A DNA stretch of 64,000 bases from Carcharhinus amblyrhynchos (GCA_965287045.1 OZ336876.1:23870001-23934000); one strand, 5' to 3'. Shown: positions 27,976 through 42,101, numbered from the stretch's first letter. The notes: a model not told the origin generated them from the letters alone. Translations and numbers: made by a program.

Positions 27976-30111
27976 CGGGGGTTGTGCCTGCACTGCAGTG
28001 GGAGGGGGAGACTGCCTACGTTTGGGGGGAGGGATTAGAAACTCGTATGCCCTGATGCCAACAATGGGGTGTGACCCAAGCATTAAGTGTTGGAGGGCAG
28101 GTTGTCCCTTTTGTGGTTGAGGGTTGGACTTTTCCCCTTGTTTACTGGGAGGTATCTTTAACTTTAATTTGAATGATGGTGCAAAACACGCCCCTTGCTT
28201 TTTATTGACAAAATGTCGGAAGATTGGGAGTGGAAACATGGCTACTTTATCTGGGAAGAAATATATCAGTTTTCAGTCAGAACTTGACTCAAATTCCACC
28301 CCAGGAGTGTCATACGCAAAATGAAAGAAACAGAAGTTGCTAACCATTTCCAAGCAGAAAGACTTTTTTGTTATTAGTCTAGTTTAATGGTAAGCCCTAC
28401 TCAATGATCTCCACACCAAGAAGAAAATTGATGACTTAAAGAATCAAAATATTTATGGTAACTATTACTTCAGAATTTCATGCCCTTTCCATTTTGAATA
28501 AGGAATTTTTTTGAAACTAACAATAAAAGGTTGTCAGTAATATTGAACACACGGTGACTTTTGGCCAATAAAGGACCCTAACCTAAGCCAAGCATGAAAA
28601 TTATTTAAAAGTTGCTGCACTTGTATTGCAGAGCTATTGCACTAAGTGTCTCCATCAGGAACTTACAAATATCCATGATGTAGAAACCTATTTACGTTGG
28701 TAATTGCCTTCCACAACAATGTGCGACATTATCAGTTCAATTACCTCGATGACATTTCTCCTTTCATCCTGTCAGAGCCAAAAGTATCCAAGCAGCTCAA
28801 GCTTTGATGAACAGGCCAACCTTTTTTAGTGGTGCATCTTTTAATGGTGCTCACTGAGTTACTTTCGCTCTTTGCTGTGCCCTTAATGCAGCCATCATTA
28901 CCACAAGCCAATGAAGTACATGACATATCCTTTTCCGACAAGAACATTCTTGTTTTGTCAATCATATAATCCAGGAGGCACTAGTTTTATTTTTTAAAGA
29001 GGCTTAGGGAGGATGAAGCACAATTTCAAATGCTACACGTTATTTCCTTCACAATAACTATTAACATTTGAGTTTTTTAAAATAATCACTCAAGTGGCTT
29101 GATGACAACCTCCAGGAGGAGGACCTGTCTTCTCAAAGTGACAGTGTGGTATTTTGTAATTGCAATCATGTTAAGCTGGAGGGGAGGGGGGGGTGTGGGT
29201 GAAGGGTACAGGCAGAGGGATCAAGAAGAAGATATTGAATTTTCTGATCAGAGTGAATTTCTCATTGGACTACATCATACATCGCTTCTCCTCCCAGTAG
29301 CGATAATAAATACCAGTTCCATTTTACACAAACCACCGACAAAATATATTTACAATTGGGCAATTCATGGAAGCGAAGGCACAAAACACAATACAAAACC
29401 TACACAGCTAGCAATTTATAATATATACATCTGGTCACAGACTTTATTCAATCTTAGTTCCTTTCAGCAACCACTTGAGCTGACAGAATCTCTTGCAGTG
29501 AAATGTAAGTGGTTGTTCACCGAGTTCTTTGTACCCTTAAAGTATATTGGCCAAAAGCCAGAAACAAACTGCCAGCCCTTTAATCATCTGGTCCCCTTTG
29601 ATGCCTGAAGAATCTCTCCGAAAATCTGCCTTTATTTGACAATTTGGTTGCAAAACATGCACAATTGTAAACAAGGCAGTTGATTGATACATTGACGCGT
29701 GACATAACCATCCCAGAAGATTAAAGAGTCAACCATGTTTCTGGGAGATCAGCATCATGAATTTGTGGATGCAAACAACTTTCATCTCGAGCAGCCAATC
29801 TTAAACTTTTTATGAACAAATCATCAGCTGTACTACAAACTGTTCAGGATAAATGTTAATATTATAGTAAAGCAGGGTTGGGTGGTTGTCCGCATTGTAT
29901 CACAACCAGTGTATTGAATAGGGTTGACAGATTACTTGAAATTAAATAAGCTTAAATTGTTGAATATGTCAATGACATCTCTTCATCAGTGTCAAGGAAT
30001 AACATTTTCTGGCAACAAAAATAATTTTAAAAAGCTGAAGCCTGCAAGGGGACATAAGCTTGTGCATTATTCCCCGTGAATTACAGGCAGGAAATCAGGC
30101 CAGAATCTCAA

Positions 30112-30841
30112 GGCTGGGATTTTTCGATCTTCTGCAGAATCTTCAATCCTAGATGGGATTTTTCAATCTTCTGCAGAATGTCACAGTGGGCCGGAAAAGT
30201 AGCATTGAAGCCACTGGCCCCAGTAGCAGCTTTCACTGCAATATTGCTCATAACTTGGAACAAAGAATTGGAAGGGGCCCTGCCAGCAACTTTGCTTTTT
30301 AAAGGCTGGGGTGTCATTTTTAAAGGTCGCCCCCAACACAAAAAACAAAAATAATACATTGCTGGAGTTGGAGGTTTGCAAGGGGTGGGGGGTGGTGCTG
30401 GTGGAAGGGGAGGTGTGGTGGTGGTGGTGGTGGTGGTTGCAGGTGGTAGAGCCGTGTGGCGGCGCCAAGTTATTGCCTATAACTTACCCTCCTCAAGTGA
30501 TGCATGGAGCTTCTCTGGTGGGCCTTACCTGCCAGATGTACACCGTGGGAGACCAGTCTCAAGTCATGTTGGTATGAATGGCGAATGGATAATTTAATGG
30601 GGAAATTAAAAGGCATAGAGTAGAGGCCTGGTAATTAAATTTATTGTAATGGAGTCTTCGATATTGAACATTGTAAATCCTGTTATGTCACTGGCTGGGG
30701 TGGGGTGGGGGGGACACTATTGGACACACAATCACAGTGAGACTGCCTATCAATGTATAATGCAAGATTTGGGCCTTTCATAAGATTTTATATCCTATCA
30801 CCATTCGTGACTGATGTGAATGGGAGCACAAAATCCCAGCT
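30112..30841. mobile_element. Harbinger-like MITE remnant with internal (TGG)n
   Basis: Termini ggctgggatttt / aaaatcccagc are inverted complements; (TGG)n ~30412-30437. Confidence 0.45.
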
Positions 30842-30944
30842 CAGGTCTCCACTCCTGTTTGTGTGTGATGTGTATTTCTGAGCACCAAGCAGACAGTTAC
30901 AGTAGTTAGTTACCTGCCTGAAACAAAAAGCAGGCAATTAATTC

Positions 30945-31142
30945 ATAGAGTCATAAAGGTTTACAGCATGGAAACAGGCCTTTTGGCCCAACTAGTCCAT
31001 ACTGTCCCTAAGCGAGTCCCAGTTGCCCCCATTTGGTCCATATCCCTCTGAATCCATCTTACCCATGCAAGTATCTAAACTTTTTTTAAAAAGACAAAAT
31101 TGCACCTGCCTCTACTACTACCACCTCGGGCAGCTTGTTCCA
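30945..31142 (-). mobile_element. CR1 3' tail fragment
   Basis: catagagtcataaaggtttacagcatggaaacaggccttttggccca = reverse-complemented CR1 terminus. Confidence 0.65.
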
Positions 31143-31339
31143 TGTGCATATGTCAGTGTAAAGTGTCCAGGAAATGAAACAGATAAATAGAGGACACTTG
31201 TAAGTATGATACCATAGCAATGCAGTGAATAATGCCTTATCTCATTTTCCATCCTTAACATGGAGTAAATGCTCAATTAAAATAAATAATTCCGTTGCCG
31301 AAGCACCAAACTCTGGAACCGACAAATGAACAAATATAC

Positions 31340-32205
31340 AAAGTAGGTGCAGGGGTGGGTGTCTCAGCCTTTTCAGCTTGATCCGTCATTCAGTAAACTT
31401 AAATTCATGACTGATCTAATTTTAATCTCGACACCACATTCCTGCCAACCCCGATAACCTTTAACCCAATCCACTTGCCTGTCAATAATCTATCTAACAC
31501 TGACAAAAGAAATATTCAAAGACTTTTCTTTCACTACCTTTTGAGGAAGAGTCATGACCCTCTGACAGAAAAAGAAAATCCTCATCTCTGTATTAAATAG
31601 GCCACAGCATATTTTTCAACAATGGCCCCTCGTTCTAGATTCTCCCAAAAGAGGAAATTTCCTCTTCACATCACTTTCAGGGTCTAAAGTGTTCAAATCA
31701 AGTTGCCTCTTACTCTTTCAAAGTCCAGCTAATACATGCCCCACCTGTCCAATCAATCAAAAAACAATCCACCCGTTCCAGTTATTAGACTAGTTCCAGG
31801 TATTAAACCTGCTATGAACTGCTTTCAACATATTTACATCCTTCTTCAAACAAGGAGACCAATATAGCACATAAAGCTCCAGATGTGGTCTCGCCAATAT
31901 CCTGTACAAGGAAGAATAAGCACCCTACTTCTGCATTCAATTCCCCTCACGATAAACAATAACATTACTATACTTGTGTGCTAGCCTGTTGTGATTCATG
32001 TGCTAGCACATCCAGACCACTTTGCATTTCAAAGGTCTACAATCTCTCATCATTTTGATAATACACTTTTTTTTATTCTTCCTTCCAAAATGGACAATTT
32101 CACATTTTCCCACATCTTTGCCCACTTACTTACCCAATCAATGTCTTTGTGTTACCTTCTTCTGTCCTCTTCTCAACTTACTTTCATCTGTATCTTCTTC
32201 TATCA
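31340..32205 (-). mobile_element. Degenerate CR1 3' fragment
   Basis: CR1 3' UTR and ORF2 end motifs (tctagattctccca..gaggaaa; ctccagatgtggtctc). Confidence 0.65.
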
Positions 32206-32799
32206 GCTAATCTCTTCCTAAACCACTCTATCTCGTATTTTTTTTAAGACACTTCTTCAAATCTACCTCTTTGACCAAGCTTTCGGTCATCTAATATCCC
32301 TCAATCTGGCTTGCTGTCATATTTTGGGTGACATTTTCTGACTTTTCCTGTTGGGATCTGTTGAGGTCCCCCCTCCCCACCCCAAGTTTCCTGGCGGTGG
32401 GACAGATGAGCCATTAAAACGCCACCAATTTCGACTGGACCAAAGTTCCCTTCAGCGGCCAATAGTGAGCTGCCTCTGGCGCATGAAACCCAGAGGGGGC
32501 AGATGAAAAATTTCAGCCATTGTCTTGCAATGTTCCCATAAAGCACCTCAGAATATTTTTTTCACATGTTAAAGACATTTAACATTAAATAATAAGTAGT
32601 AGCTGTTGTAGATTAAAATACACCCACAGCAATGGTGTTCGACATTGTTAATCTATACATTAGCTCAAAGGATCTTTTCATAGGCAGGCAACAGCATTTT
32701 ATTGCCAATGCAGACCACTTTTACAAGTTGTTTGTAGCTGAACTGAAGAGTCAGAAGCAATTTAGTTGTTGACAGGGGAAGATGATGAGCCAAATTTCG

Positions 32800-34820
32800 T
32801 GGTCCCTGGTGGTACCAATGACATCAGTGGAAAGAGAGATGCAGGAAGATTTTAGCAAGCTGGGGTAGTCCTGGTGCTCCATGTGAGTACAGAAATAGGA
32901 GGATCATGCAGATGAAGGAGAAAAGCTACAGAAGAGAGTGCTCTAAATGCCTGGGAATTTGGGGGTAGCTCTGGATGAAGGTGGGTTCTGTATATACTAT
33001 GCAGTTGCACCGAAACATGACTGTGACCAATATTATGCTTAAGGTAGCTTGGCAGGGGAATAGGAACCTCAGTGTTCATTCAGTGGGGAGATAACAAAGC
33101 TAACGACAGGCAGAAAATGAATAAATGAGTTTGGAAGGCAGGAGAAACCAAGGTTAGAAAATAGACAAGAAAGCAGCTTGGCAATGTTTAATGCACGCAC
33201 ATCAAAGTAAAGTGTCCAGCAAATAAGACAGATGAGTCGAGGACGCCTGGAAGTACGATAACATAGCTATTCCAGAAACATAAGGACAGGAAGTGTCACT
33301 GAATATTTCTGGTTACAGGTTTTCAGATAAGATGGAGCGAATGATAAAAAAAGAAGTGGCTGCAACGATGATTAACAAAACAATTGCAGCTTCAGGGAAG
33401 CACAATATGCTGGAAGGATCAGCAAATGAGGCTGTTTTGAAGCAAGGAACAAAGGAAAACAGAAATTACACAGCTGGGAGTGTGCACTTTAGACCATCAG
33501 TCGTCAGAGGTACAAGTACAGCAAACATGTTGGCAAATTGCTGAAATGTGCAGAATCAATAAGGCAGTAATAGTGGGAGATTTCAGCTCCCGAATATTAA
33601 CTGGAGTAAATTCAGCGTAAAAGCTGCGTAGAATTCTTAAAATGCATTCAGGAGAAAGTTTATAGCCAGCGTAGCAAGAGGAAGCATCAGTTCAGGATTT
33701 AGTTTCAAGCAGTGAAGTTAGGCAGATGGAAGGGATACTAGGTGAAACAGCAGTCATAATTCAGTTAGGTTTACCATCGTTATGGAAAGTGCCAAAGATA
33801 AATCAAGAGTAAAAGCTTTGAGTTCTCGTTTTTTTACAAAGCTGAGATGCGATTTAGCGAAAGTAGACTGGAAAGAGCCACTTGAAGATTAATCAGTGTG
33901 GGAGCGGTGGGACACAATCGAAAAGGTTCAGAATAAATACGCCCCCACAAAGCAAAAAGGTGGCACTCCCAATCCGGAGCTCCCTGGAGGCCAAGGAGTG
34001 CAAGCTTCAAATTAGGCAGAAAAGAGAAGCTTATGTCAGATACCAAGAACTCAATTCTGCAGAATATAGAAAGGTAACCTGTGTGTGAAGACAGAATGTA
34101 TGGGCATGCTTCTTACTGAATACTTTTCATCTGTCTCCACAATAACAGGACCTGGTGGTTTTACAGGCATTGCATTCGAGGATGAGGCGTATGAAATATT
34201 GGATGTGATAAACACAGTGATAGAGCAAATAAAAGAGGTTTATCATCTTTGAAAGTGACAGGCAGAGATGCAATATATCCCAGCCTGTTAACAAAAGCAA
34301 GGGAAGAAATACTGGAGCCTCTAGGGATCATTTCCCAATTCTTTCTGGTTACAAGCCAGAGGAATGCTAATGCAATGCCGCCATTTAAAAATGAAAAGGG
34401 AACAGATAGAAAAATGACAGGCCAGTCAGCCTAACCTCAGTGGCGGACAAATTATTGGATAAAATTCTGACATTCTAAGTTATCATTGAGATGGGAATGG
34501 ATTAGTCAAGAAGAATCAGCATGTATTTGCAAAGGAAAGGTCATCTTTGATTCACTTGATTGAATTTTTTGAAGATATAATGAAGAGGGTCAATGGGGGT
34601 AGTGCACATGATGTAATCTACATGGATTTTTTCAAGGCTTTTTGTAAGGTACCACAAGGAACACAAGTCAGAAAAGTAAATGTCCATGGGGTTCAAGGGT
34701 AAGTGGCATTGGATTCAAATTGGTTCAGGTAATTACAGGCAATGGTTGAGAAGTGGTTTCGTGACTGGAAGGCTAATTCTCATGGAATTTTGCAGGGCTC
34801 ATCAATAGAATTATTGCTGG
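32800..34820 (+). mobile_element. Old CR1 fragment spanning the ORF1 end, endonuclease and RT start
   Basis: Remnant motifs gtagtgggagatttc (VGDFN), ggccagtcagcctaacctcagtgg (RPVSLTSV), tacatggatttttcaaggctttt (YMDFxKAF). Confidence 0.65.
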
Positions 34821-35687
34821 ATCTCTCAGTCACTAGTTGGCCTCTGAGGAGAACAGTAATTTTGAACAGGTAGCAGTAGGAGTTGCTTGCCCAGGAACAG
34901 TCACCTGGCCATCAACAATACTCTGAACTACATGGATGTTGGAACTGATACATTCAGGACAAATCCAACTCTACATGTCTTCTTCCCTTTTGAGAATTTC
35001 ACTTCCGGAATGATGGATTACCCTGCGATAGTCAACCAGCTAATCCTCTGAAGAAACTCTCTATTAGACATTTGCTTCCTGACTCGCATAAAACAATAAC
35101 GTACATTTTTATTGTGGCCTGGCCTGGTACTCCTTATGCCTCTTTCGTTGTACAAGTGGGAAAAAGGGGTGGATGCGGCAAAACTCTTTTCCCGTGTTTT
35201 GTGTGTGTGCAAAATAAACTAACCCCTCTGTTTTATCATACCTCGAGTTTGTGAATTATTCATGGAGGATTGGAAGACTCCAAAATTTAAGGGTTGGGGA
35301 AGATATGGCACCACTTACAAAGGGATAAATCAAAAATCTTTTTGTTTAAGGACAGGAAATGAGAAGAAAAGATCAGGACTGTTTAGACTAATCTGTAACA
35401 TAAACACCTTCATGATGTGGATTGTGCTGGGAGGGAATGCTTAAAATGCAAATAAAGATTGTAAAGTGTGAGCAGCTGAATAAAAACTCAAGATGGTTTA
35501 ACATGTTAACATTTTGCGATAAAAGGTGCAACCACAACAACTGGCCTCTGTCATTTTGTACTTTAAACATAAAAAGCGCTAAAAATATCAACACTCTGTA
35601 GCTTATTTTATGTTCAATTAATTACTTAATTTTAAGACTGCCCTCATTTCACTCAGTTCTTAACAACCTAATAACAGACAAAGCATT

Positions 35688-35983
35688 TCATAGATTAGAA
35701 CATAAAATAGTGTAGAAGGAGGCCATTCGGCCCATTGACATTGCACCAACAACAATCCCACCCAGGCCCTAACACTATAATCCCACACATTCACCATACT
35801 AATCCCCCTGACATTAAGGGACAATTTATTATGACCAATCAACCTTTGGACTGTGGGAGGAAACTGGAGCACCCACACAGACATGGGGTAAAAGTGCAAA
35901 CTCCACGCAGACAGTCACCCAAGGTTGGAATTGAGCCAAGGTCCCTGGTGCAGTGAGGCAGCAGTGCTAATCACTGTGCCACC
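35688..35983 (-). mobile_element. HE1-type SINE (CR1 tail)
   Basis: gaaggaggccattcggcccat tail; gtgaggcagcagtgctaatcactgtgccacc head. Confidence 0.85.
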
Positions 35984-37298
35984 TTTTGAACAATAACTTC
36001 TCTCCCCACCTCTGCACCATCAGCTCAAGAGAATAGCTAGAACATGCTTAGGAATTCAATTGCTTCCAAAATCAGTCATGCCTGGATTTGTTCACATTGC
36101 AGATGGACAACGTGTAATTCGTGTTGGCAGCTCATCGTAGTGAATCAAAAATGCAGCCACCTCTTTCCACATTACTGTCTGATATTAGTAAGACTTCAGG
36201 GAAGTCGCATGTGAAAACATTCCCACAAGAGTTTCAGAGAGGGCACATACATTCTCTGATAAAGCTTTGGAGGCTCTGGTGAAAGTGCTGGACAGGAGGA
36301 CAAAAATTCTGTTCCCTTCAGAAGGAAGAAAGACAACATATCTATTGGCAGCGTGAGCGGTGTCTGAGGAGAACAACATCAGATGCTTCACTCCATGGTC
36401 ATAGTGGCAATACCAGAAAAAAATACAATGGCCTTACACCCAAATTGTCAAGATAAGACTTTGTTTTACATTAGCATCTTCTCAAACCTATAAATGACAC
36501 ACAACACTGTTCTGCCTGCATCCCTTCGCTCTCCTGTAACTCACTGCATCACACTTCACTCCTCATCCGTTTCGTCTTATTCACACTGTGCACCTGACTG
36601 CAACTGCAATCCTCACTTCCCCACACTTCACATCTTATATCTGCATTATTTGAGCATGATAACCACATTCTCAAAGCATGTTACACGGATATTATGAACA
36701 TGCTCCCTTCTTTCAAGCCGCAAGTTAACGTACAATATCAAGCTCTGGCACAAGATCAATTTTACCTAACACGTTGCCTCTGCCTCCACTGAAGGGAGAA
36801 GTGCTGTTCAGCATGTCAGGGGTCAATCATCATTCATTCAAAATTCAACAAGAGATTGTGAAGAGATTATTTACTTTATTTTAAAACTTATATCTCACTC
36901 TGAACATTTTGGATGAAAAACCATACACCTGTCTATGCTCTCTCATCCTGCTTTCATTTCAGGTGCTTTAGTGGAAAATAAAACTGGGTCACAACAAAAC
37001 AGGCCTTCAGTCTCCTCCTGGAGTCTCAAAGATCTAGGATTTCCTCTGCTACTCATTAGTTCCATCATACTTAAAACCACAAATAATTTATGGCGAAAGT
37101 CCTGCTCTTTGCTTTTCTCCAGTGAGGGCAGATTTATTTCCCTTTTGCCATGATTTAAGGCCCATTACTATCCTTGTTGAATTTCGTCATATTTCCTTAC
37201 TTTTGTCTTTATAATTGTGGCTATCATTTCAAACATGCAAAACATTTTTTTTTTACTTTGACCATTTATTCATCATCACAGCCTTTGTACACTAATGA

Positions 37299-38150
37299 TA
37301 TGGAGATGTTGGTGTTGGACATAGTGGGCATAGACAGAAGTCTCACAACACCAGGTTAAAATCCGACAGGTTCATTTGAAATCATGTGTTTTCACAGCAC
37401 TGCTCTTTCATCAGGTGAGTAGAGAGGGGGTTCACAAACATGGCATACACAGACAGAGATACAATTGCAAGATAATGGTTGGAACCTGAATCTTTACAGG
37501 TACAGATATGCGAGCGGAGAGAGGGAACTTGGCTATCAGTTTCTGCTAGCGATTCTGCGTTGTCTTGTGCCTTGAAGGTCGTCTTGAAGAATGCTTACTC
37601 GAAGATCAGAGACTGAACGCCCTTGAGTGCTGAAGTGTTCCCCGACTGGAAGGGAACAGGCCTGCCTCATGATTGTCACACGGCGTCCATTCATCTATTG
37701 GACACGGCGTGACAATCACCAGGCAGGAGCATTCTCCAGGATGGCCTTCAAAACACACAACACAGAATCACCAAACAGAAACTAATAGCCAAGTTCCACG
37801 TGCGTGAGGACCACCTCAACCGGGATCTTGGGTTCAATTCACATTACATGTAACCACCACCATTTGACCTGGGCTTGCAAAATCCTACTAACTGTCTTGG
37901 CTTGAAACAATTCACACCTCTTTAACCTATGATTCTCCCCCTCTCCACTCACACTGACTGTACCTGTAAAGACTTGATTACCTGCAAAGACTCAGATTCC
38001 AACCATTACCTTACAATTGTGTCTCTGTCAAAATATGCCGTGTTTGTGACCCTAGCTCCACTCACCTGGTAAAGGAGCAGCATTCCAAAGGCTTGTGATT
38101 CCAAATAAACCTGTTGGACTTTAACCTGATATTGAGAGACTTACTATTGT
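37299..38150 (+). mobile_element. Older Penelope-like element with inverted 5' copy (same family as 51616-52320)
   Basis: Plus-strand GIY-YIG C-terminal remnant (..KLIAKFHVREDHLNRDLGFNSHYM*) ~37775-37853; inverted ORF/pLTR copy 37299-37700; decayed hammerhead cores ~37380-37420(-) and ~38060-38100(+); degenerate TSD tttgtacactaatga/tttgtagaaaaatga. Confidence 0.8.
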
Positions 38151-38489
38151 TTGTAGAAAAATGAAACAAATGTGTTTGTAACCAAATTTGAGAACGAAGA
38201 AATGACCCTCAACTTGTCACATACTAGCATTACCCAGCAAGTTCTATTTTCTACTTGCTTTGTTCATTTTGGCAATGGTCAGTTTGCTGGCAATCAAATT
38301 ATTTTTCCTTTTCATTGATTGCTGCATATTTACCCATGGGGAAAGAACATTCTTGCTCTACACATAAACAGATTGTGTCGCAACAACTGTAAATAACCAT
38401 TCATGGAAGTGCATGGTGATCTAAGTTTAGTTGCATTTTGATGCTGACTTACTTTGGCTCCAGGTCCAACTAAGCCTCACTTTAAAAGT

Positions 38490-38830
38490 TGCATTCTTTT
38501 CTTTAAATTCCTCCATTATCATGCTATATTTGTAATCTCCTCCAGCCTGCCAAAACTGAGATCTAGACTCTTGTGTGACCATCACAGGTGGACACACCTT
38601 CATTAGCCAAGCCCTAAGTTCTGGAATTTCTCCCTAAATTTCTCTCCTTTCTTTTAAGATCGCCTCAAAAACCAATCTCCTTGATGAGGTTTTTTTGGTC
38701 ATCTGCCCTAATATCGCTCTCCGTGGCTCAGTGTCACAATGTGCTTACTAACTCTCATGTGGTGTGCCTTGGGGCATTCCACTATGTTAAGGATGCTATA
38801 TAAATGCAAGTTGCTGTTACTATTGTTGTA
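38490..38830 (+). mobile_element. L2-like LINE 3' end (related pieces at ~32205-32610 + and ~55190-55350 -)
   Basis: aagccctaagttctggaatt..tggctcagtgtcac..gccttggggcattccactatgttaaggatgctatataaatgcaagttgctg. Confidence 0.5.
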
Positions 38831-38834
38831 TTTG

Positions 38835-39208
38835 AGGAGGCAGTGGCACAGCGGTATTATCAGTAGATTAGTAATCTAGAGACCCAGAGTAATGGTGCTG
38901 GGACCTGGATTCAAATCTCACCAGTGCAGATGGTGAAATTTGGACTCAACAGAGAAAAACATCTAGAATGAAAAAATGAATGATGACCATGAAACTTTGT
39001 TGTAAAAATCCATCTGGTTCACTTAATATCCTTTCAGAAAGGACATCTTTACCTGATTTGGGCCTACATGTGATTCCAGACCTATAGCAACGTGGTTGAT
39101 TCTTAACTTCCCTATGAAACTCAACGCAAGGGCAGTTAAAGGTGGGCAATAAATGTTAGCTATTCTAGTGATACCCACATAGCCAAAGAAAACCTTTTCA
39201 AAAAAAAA
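38835..39208 (+). mobile_element. Second tRNA-derived SINE family
   Basis: gcagtggcacagcggtatt..ggattcaaatctcacc head; ..gggcaataaatg..A-rich tail. Confidence 0.75.
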
Positions 39209-39594
39209 ATTAATGAGCATCCCAAATAGATCGACAGATTTGCATTCTCAATTATCTAAAGTGTGAAGATACTCTCCAAGTGCATCTTAAAGCAAATCAA
39301 CCCGCAAAGTCATACGGCGCAATTTTCCAACGCAGCCCGCTGTGAAGTTGGCCTGCCATTGGCTGGCGGCAGGACCTTCCAATGCCCCTCATTGTCAGTG
39401 GGCTTTCTTATTGAATGTATTGGGAAATCCACGTAGGAGATGCACAATCAGCAGCACTGGAAGATTCAGCTAATGTGAACGGTCGGACTGTTCTGGCCAT
39501 AGATTTAATCTTATTTTGCAGTGATTTTATTGATGCTGCAATTGGTATGATTGATATCTGAACTAGGTAGATGGAAAGGAAGCCCATTAAAGAT

Positions 39595-39990
39595 CTTACA
39601 GAATTTAAGCACATAATCCAGGCTGACACTTCAGTGCAGCAGTGAATGAGCACCGCACTGCCCTCTTACAGATGAGTCATTGATCCCAAGTCCCATTTGC
39701 TGTTCAATTTGTGTAGCAGATCTACTGGCTACGTTCAAAAACAAGCAAGAATGGGGCTGCTGATGTTCTGGTCAACATTTATCACTCAACGATCATCAGG
39801 GAAAAAAAAAAGCAGAAAAATCCAATATTTATCTTATTACTGTTTGAAAGACTACGCCGTGTGTGAAGTAGCTGCCACATTTGCTACATTGTCGCACTTA
39901 GCACACTTCAAAAGTAATTGATTGTGAAGTGCTTTGTGACATCCTGAGGAGTTGAAAGGGGCATTCTTCCTAAAAGCTTATTCTTTCCTT
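39595..39990 (+). mobile_element. Deu-domain SINE (SacSINE1/AmnSINE1-related), degenerate
   Basis: cacataatccaggctgacacttcagtgcag..ggtcaacatttatcactcaac..cacttcaaaagtaattgattg..gctttgtgacatcctgagg. Confidence 0.6.
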
Positions 39991-40199
39991 CTATTCCATG
40001 AGGACGTGATTAAGACACCATTTCAAATCTCTCAGATACTGAATTAGCCTGATTCCACGTGCAGCAAGACCTGGACAATGTTCAGACTTGGGCTTAAAAG
40101 TGGCAAGTTTAACATTCATGTGTACACAACTGTGACTGACTTCATTCATAAGTGTGTAGAAGACTGTGTGCCAAAGAAATAAACCCATATGATGCCCAA

Positions 40200-42101
40200 A
40201 CAAAAACCATGCATGAACAGGGATATCTGCATGCTGAAGTCCAGGCCTGAGGCATTCAAGTCAGGTGTCCCTGGCCTATACGAGATTTACAGATTCTACG
40301 GAGATTCATTAAAGATACCAAAGGATGGCACCAGACTAAGCTAGAGTCCCACACACACTAAGCTAGAGTCCCACACACTCCCACTGACTATAGCAAGGTC
40401 TGCAAGACATAATAGGCTACAAGATGAAGGCATGTAAAATTGCCAGCTCCAACGCACCCTACCTAATGAGCTCAATGCATTCTATGCCCGTTTTGAGCAA
40501 AAGGTCAGTGAGAGCACACCTTCCACCTGGAAGTCTTAGCCACAGTCAAATCCATGGTCACCAATGTAGACGGCTGAGTAGCCTGCACAAAAATCAATCC
40601 ACGGAAAGCAATTGGCCCAGATGGGGTACCTGGATGAGCAGTCAGGACCTGTGCAGACCTGCTGGTAGGGGTACAGGCAGACATCTTTAACCTCTCTTTA
40701 CACTAATCTAAGGTCTCTCCTGCTTCAAGAAGATGGCCATCATCCAGTACCCAAGAAAAGCTAGGCAGCATGTTTTAATGACTATCGTCCGGTGGCTCTG
40801 ACATTCATCATTCTGATGTTTTCCTTGAAAGTTTAGTCATGGCACAAATCAGTTCTGGCCTCACAGACGGCCTGGATCCACTAAAGTTTGCCTATCGTAC
40901 TGCAGGTAGATGGCAGACACCATCTCCCTGGCTCTACATTCAACTCTGGAGCACCTAGATAACAAAGGCACCTATATTAGACTCCTATTTATGATTACAG
41001 CTCACAGCCTTCAATACCACTATTCTGATGAAACTCATCTCCAAATGTCATGGCCTGGTGCTTGGCTCCTCTCTCTGCGACTGGATCCTAGACTTCCTAA
41101 CCCACAGACCACAATCAGTAAGAAAAAGCCACAACATCTCCTTCACGATCATCCTCAACACCGATACCCAAATTGCTATGTCCTCAGCCTCCTACTATGT
41201 TCCTTATATACCTGTGTGGCCAAATTCCTCTATAGCTCAATTTTCAAATTTGCTGATGGCACCACCGTAGTGGGTTGGATCTCAAACAATGACCAGACAG
41301 AGTATAGGAAAGAGATAGAGAATTTGGTGAATTCTCTTTCCCTCAATGTCAACGAAACAAAGGAGATTGTCATCGACGTCAGGAAGCATAAAGGAGAACA
41401 TGACCCTGTCTACATCAATGGGGACGAAGCAGAAAGGGTTGAGAGCGTTAAGTTTTAAGGTATCCAGATCACCATCAACCTGTCCTGGTTCTTCTCATGC
41501 TGACAGTATAGTTAAGAAAGCCCACCAACGCCTCTACTTTCTCAGAAGACTAAAAAAATTTGGCATGTCCGCCATGACTCACACCAACTTTTACAGATAC
41601 ACCTTAGAAAGCTTTCTTTCTGGTTATATCACAGCTAGGTATGGGTCCTGTTCTGCCCAAGAATGCAAAGAACTACAAAAGGTTGTGGATTTAGCCCAAT
41701 CCATCACGCAAACCAGCCTCCCATCCACTGACTCTGTCTATAATTCCCATTGCCTCAGCAAAACAGCCAGCATAATTAAGGACCCCACGCACCCAGACAT
41801 TCTCTCTTCCACCTTCTTCTGTCGGAAAAAAGATACAAAAGTCTGAGGTCACGTACCAACCCACTCAAGAACAGCTTCTTCCCTGCTGCTGTCAAGACTT
41901 TTGAATGGGCCTACCTTGCGTTAAATCGATCTTTCTCTGCACCCTACCTATGCCTGTAACACTATATTCTGCACTCTCTTGTTTCCTTCTCTCTGAATGG
42001 TATGCTTTGGCTGTAAAGCACACAAGAAACAATACTTTTCACTGTATGTTAAATACATGTGACAATAATAAATCACATCAAAATCAAATCAAATCAAATC
42101 A
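40200..42101 (+). mobile_element. Rex1/Babar-like LINE, ~1.9 kb, degenerate RT
   Basis: NDYRPVALT-like, DTISLALHSTLEHLDNK, FKFADGTTVVGWISNNDQTEYR, AHQRLYFLRRLKKFG; (AAATC)n tail 42078-42101. Confidence 0.88.
40335..40378 (+). repeat. Perfect 22-bp tandem duplication inside the Rex element
   Basis: (actaagctagagtcccacacac)x2. Confidence 0.9.

Noticed and set aside
28741-28965. Possible cassette exon (ORF ending at AG|GTAA on the gene strand)
   Set aside because: No homology; the flanking exons already join in frame
29099-29608. 169-aa plus-strand ORF (likewise 5960-6457, 9858-10289 and most other track ORFs)
   Set aside because: No recognisable domain; low-complexity, repeat-derived or antisense to real exons; expected by chance
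30105-30180. 39-bp-period direct repeat resembling a CRISPR repeat-spacer
   Set aside because: Only two copies in a vertebrate intron; a simple tandem duplication at a MITE end
34866-35051. Short stop-free plus-strand frame after the CR1 end
   Set aside because: No recognisable protein similarity; insufficient evidence for a retrocopy or viral insert
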